Part shown: positions 60,537-64,000 of the stretch, piece by piece
How the letters are laid out: every line of letters begins with the position of its first letter
How positions within the stretch are numbered: the first letter of the stretch is position 1
Assembly: GCA_965216875.1 (NCBI GenBank)
Contig: OZ244207.1
Coordinates: forward strand, 6,784,001 to 6,848,000
Length of the DNA: 64,000 nt
Direction: 5' to 3'
Source of the DNA: Rubripirellula sp.
GTDB taxonomy: Bacteria; Planctomycetota; Planctomycetia; Pirellulales; Pirellulaceae
The notes under the pieces: generated by a model
What the model was told of the DNA's origin: nothing
The model's input: the letters and a program-made list of their open reading frames with translations, nothing else
Database searches by the model: none
Translations under genes and position numbers: made by a program

Positions 60537-61121
60537 GAAGTGATTGCAAAGCGAACAGGTGTCAATCTTTGAGGGCTATCGCACAGCGGCGGCGTTCCCT
60601 GGGGGAGAGGCAGTTCGTAGTACCGAGCTTTAGCCGGAATCTTCTCGCATTGCGTTACAAACCATCAACCGAAACGCGATAGCGTGCGGTTGTCTCATTC
60701 CGATCAATCTTCCAAAACCGCGAGCGATCGCTCAGCGGCTGATGGGGCTCGTTGGCTATACTAGCGGCTGATTGAAAGAGTCTTAGGCAGAAGTCTTTTG
60801 GATAGCTAGTTTTTATGGGCGCGATGATCTCACTGCGTTAACCAGGTCTATTTCTACGCCGGAATCTTCTTCATCGTTGTGGGGATCGTGCTCTTCGTTG
60901 ATTGTCTGATTGGCTGCATCAACGCGGTAAACCTCCCCAAGCCACAGCACTGAATCCTCAGGGCAATGCGGGCTATCAGAGGTTTTTTCGGCAGGATTCA
61001 GGGTCTTGTGGGATAGGTTAATGGCCTAATTCCGCGAGCATTGCCCGTTTTGGCCGACCTGTCCATGAGCCGCTGGTTTGCGGCTTTCTGCCGGCAGGTC
61101 CCTTTGCCAGGAGGAGAGATT

Positions 61122-62453
61122 GTGGACGCGAAACAACTCATTGAACGTTATTTGCTGGGGATCGCTACCCGCGCAGAGACCGACCAGCTCGATCAGTTAT
61201 TGGCCGATGATCCCGAATTGCGACGGGAATTCGTCAAAGCGGCCAATCTCGATGCCGGCATGCGCGAATTGGCTCAGCAGCGACTCGCCGAGCCAGATTT
61301 GGTCGAAGCCAAACGAGCGAGGCTCGGGTGGGCCGGATTGTTGACGCTGGCCGTTGCTGCCAGCCTGCTCGTGGCCGTCGGGATGTTTACGTTTTCACCC
61401 ACGCCAGTGGCGACCCTCGAGTCGAGCGAAAACGCGGCTTGGGAAAGCGACTTGCCAACCAAGCCTGGTGCAAAACTGACTCCAGGAATCTTGGACCTGA
61501 AGGCTGGTGTCGCAACCATCCGGTTTGAGTCGGGGGCCGAGGTCGTGTTGGAGGCTCCCGCCGCACTTGAACTGATCGACCCGATGCGCGGGCGATTGAT
61601 CGCCGGTGCTGCAACGATCGATGTGCCCGAGTCAGCACATGGTTTTGTGATCGAAACTCCCGATGGGTTCGCCGTCGACTATGGGACGAAGTTCGCCGTC
61701 AAGATCGACGACGCAACCAAACATTCGGACTTTGAATTGATCGAAGGCGAGATCGCCGTTCACCATGGAACGGCCGGCGACGAAGTGCGCCTCACCGATG
61801 AAGGCAAGACGGCGACGCTGGCCGACACCTCGATCGTACTTGGGCACATCGAGTCCGAAGTCGAAGAGGAAGTCGTTCCGCCCATGCCGAAAATTGTGCG
61901 GATCGGTACGGATGGGCGAACCGGTTCGGCCGTCTTCAGCAACAAGCATAAGTTCATCGACCCCGAAGTGTTGTCGGTTAAAAAGTCCAACAGCGGAAAA
62001 TGGGATCACCGCTCGTTCTTTGCATTCGACTTTTCGGGGATCGACTTTGACCGCGTCGAGTCGGTTCGGCTTCGGCTAAATCAAGTGCCTAGCCATCGCG
62101 GAAGCAAAGCGCGGCTCCCCAAAGTCAATCGATTCAGTATTTACGGATTGACCAATGTCGAAAAGGACAACTGGCAACCACGTTGTCGATGGAATGATTC
62201 ACCCGGCCCAGAAGATGGTGTCTTTCTTGCAGCGTTCGAAATCCCACGCAGTAAGTTGCGCGGGAGCGTGCAATTGCAAACTGACGAGTTGTTCGAGTTC
62301 CTCAAGAACGATCCCGACAAGACAGTCACGCTGATTTTGGTTCGTGACACGACAAACATCGAAGGTGTTGGGCCCGGCTACATGCACATGTTCGCCAGCG
62401 ACTCGCATCCCGAGTCGGTCGGCCCGCTGCTCGAGTTTTCAATGATCGATTGA
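61122..62453 (+). CDS. FecR-domain protein (second anti-sigma-like)
   Basis: RBS GGAGGAG before GTG 61122; LIERYLLG, TM, FESGAEVVLEAPA, VDYGTKFAV, C-terminal FASDSH..PLL. Confidence 0.85.
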   Translation: MDAKQLIERYLLGIATRAETDQLDQLLADDPELRREFVKAANLDAGMRELAQQRLAEPDLVEAKRARLGWAGLLTLAVAASLLVAVGMFTFSPTPVATLESSENAAWESDLPTKPGAKLTPGILDLKAGVATIRFESGAEVVLEAPAALELIDPMRGRLIAGAATIDVPESAHGFVIETPDGFAVDYGTKFAVKIDDATKHSDFELIEGEIAVHHGTAGDEVRLTDEGKTATLADTSIVLGHIESEVEEEVVPPMPKIVRIGTDGRTGSAVFSNKHKFIDPEVLSVKKSNSGKWDHRSFFAFDFSGIDFDRVESVRLRLNQVPSHRGSKARLPKVNRFSIYGLTNVEKDNWQPRCRWNDSPGPEDGVFLAAFEIPRSKLRGSVQLQTDELFEFLKNDPDKTVTLILVRDTTNIEGVGPGYMHMFASDSHPESVGPLLEFSMID

Positions 62454-62587
62454 TTCTGTTCATTGTTCCGGCGATTGTCGCCTTTCGCTCCGCGAAAGTA
62501 GCGTCCGCAAACGCGCTCTCAACCAAAAGATCACAGCCTCTCCGGATGCATTTGTTCTCAGTTGTCCGTCCCATAAGGAAAACGTAC

Positions 62588-64000
62588 GTGGTGATTGCAT
62601 TGGCAAAACCGAATTGGCGCTCTTGCGCGATCGGGCTCTGCTTGGTCCTTTCGTTACTGCCTTTGTCGACCGCCGCTTCGTACGGGGACGACTCGGCAAA
62701 CAGGCCGAATATCTTGTGGATCACCATCGAAGACTGGTCGGCCGATCTCTCCTGTTACGGAACCAAAGGTGTTGCGACGCCAAACGTTGACCAACTCGCG
62801 GCCGAGGGTATTCGCTACGAAAACGCCTTCACAACTTCACCCGTTTGCTCAACGTCCCGCTCGGCCATGATGACGGGGTTTCATCAAAACTACATCCGAG
62901 CAAACCAACATCGCGAGCACAACAAACAACCTCTGCCTCATGGGATCCGACCCATTCCCCATTTGCTTGCTGACGCGGGCTATTTCACTGCGTTGATGAG
63001 TTGGAAAACGGATTGCAACTTTGTTCCCAATCAGCGTGATGAGCTGTTCATGGGTAACGATTGGTCCGAGCGTAAACCCGGTCAGCCCTTTTTTGCCCGG
63101 ATCACGTTTGGTGGGACGCATCGCGCATGGAAACGCGATCCGGAACGACCAATTTCAATCGATGATGTCGAGCTTCCACCCTACTATGCTGATACGCCCT
63201 TTGTGCGGCGAGATTGGGCGAACGGCCTCGAGCAAATGCAATTGGTCGACCGCGAGATTGGCGAGCTGTTGAAGCGACTCGACGACGAAGGACTCTCTGA
63301 CAACACCATTGTCTTTTTTATCGGCGATCATGGTCGCTGCCACATCCGCGGCAAACAGTTTCTCTATGACGGTGGGATTCGCATTCCGATGATCATGCGA
63401 TATCCCGGTAAGGCCCAAGCTGGCCAAGTGAGCGATGCGTTGGTGATGTCCATCGACATTTGCGCGACGATCTTGGAAGCTGCCGGTGTCACGCCGCCGG
63501 TACCACTACACGGAAAGAGTCTTTTTAGCGACGACGTCAAGCAACGCGAATTTGTCTATGCGGCGCGAGACAAGATGGACGAAACGCACGATTCGATGCG
63601 AGCGATCCGCTCAAAAGACTACAAGTTGATTCTGAACCTGATGCCTGAACGTCCTTGGTGTCAATTCAATCGGTACAAGGAAGGTGCCTATCCTGTACTT
63701 GCCGAAATGAACGTCTTGAACATTCAAGGGAAGCTCACGGCGGAACAGGCGGCCTTTTTCGCGCCCCGAAAACCCGACGTCGAGCTGTTCGATTTGCAGA
63801 CGGATCCGCACGAAGTTCGAAACGTCGCCGACGACCCCAAGTACCAAAAGGTGCGTCGCGACCTGTTGGCGAGCTTGAACCAATGGCGCGTTAACGAGAT
63901 TGATGACCTCGGCGTCTCGTCCGACTTTCGCGCCCGCGGTGTCTTTCCCACGAACAGACCCGACGTGTCGGTCGACGACTGGGTTGCTGCGAACAAAGGC
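62588..64000 (+). CDS. sulfatase (3'-truncated by window edge)
   Basis: Read by hand because the frame has no stop in the window: signal-like N-terminus, RPNILWITIED, TPNVDQLA, PVCSTSRSAMMTG, GDHG, RGKQFLYDGGIRIP, ARDKMDE, ELFDLQTDPHE. Confidence 0.92.
   Translation, partial: MVIALAKPNWRSCAIGLCLVLSLLPLSTAASYGDDSANRPNILWITIEDWSADLSCYGTKGVATPNVDQLAAEGIRYENAFTTSPVCSTSRSAMMTGFHQNYIRANQHREHNKQPLPHGIRPIPHLLADAGYFTALMSWKTDCNFVPNQRDELFMGNDWSERKPGQPFFARITFGGTHRAWKRDPERPISIDDVELPPYYADTPFVRRDWANGLEQMQLVDREIGELLKRLDDEGLSDNTIVFFIGDHGRCHIRGKQFLYDGGIRIPMIMRYPGKAQAGQVSDALVMSIDICATILEAAGVTPPVPLHGKSLFSDDVKQREFVYAARDKMDETHDSMRAIRSKDYKLILNLMPERPWCQFNRYKEGAYPVLAEMNVLNIQGKLTAEQAAFFAPRKPDVELFDLQTDPHEVRNVADDPKYQKVRRDLLASLNQWRVNEIDDLGVSSDFRARGVFPTNRPDVSVDDWVAANKG

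Overview
High-GC bacterial chromosomal window, almost certainly from a planctomycete of the Pirellulaceae/Rhodopirellula-like group. This is inferred from tandem DUF1559 prepilin-like genes, a DUF1592/DUF1552 pair, ECF sigma/FecR genes, a sulfatase and Cys-rich secreted proteins. Most of it is housekeeping or core: recG (5'-truncated), a PfkB kinase, topoisomerase IV-type parC/parE, tad ATPase/TadB/TadC, an ArsB/NhaD-type permease with a USP protein, a Nei/Fpg glycosylase, a sigma54 activator, fabI, rpsD, lpdA, a WecG/TagA glycosyltransferase, trkA, a 5-oxoprolinase/hydantoinase, a Zn-type oxidoreductase and a 3'-truncated sulfatase. I recognised no rRNA, tRNA, CRISPR array or transposase. Most notable observations: (1) a two-gene module with an 86-aa WXG100/ESAT-6-like protein (W-x-D motif) directly upstream of a membrane-anchored multi-domain FtsK/SpoIIIE ATPase, a candidate minimal type VII-like secretion system in a diderm; (2) a stand-alone ~145-nt multi-hairpin element ending in an intrinsic terminator (candidate sRNA); (3) repeated short duplications of the last codons/stop codon of genes; (4) a diverse set of palindromic intergenic repeat families, including composite cassettes bracketing one gene. 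All assignments come from reading motifs by eye; no database search was run.
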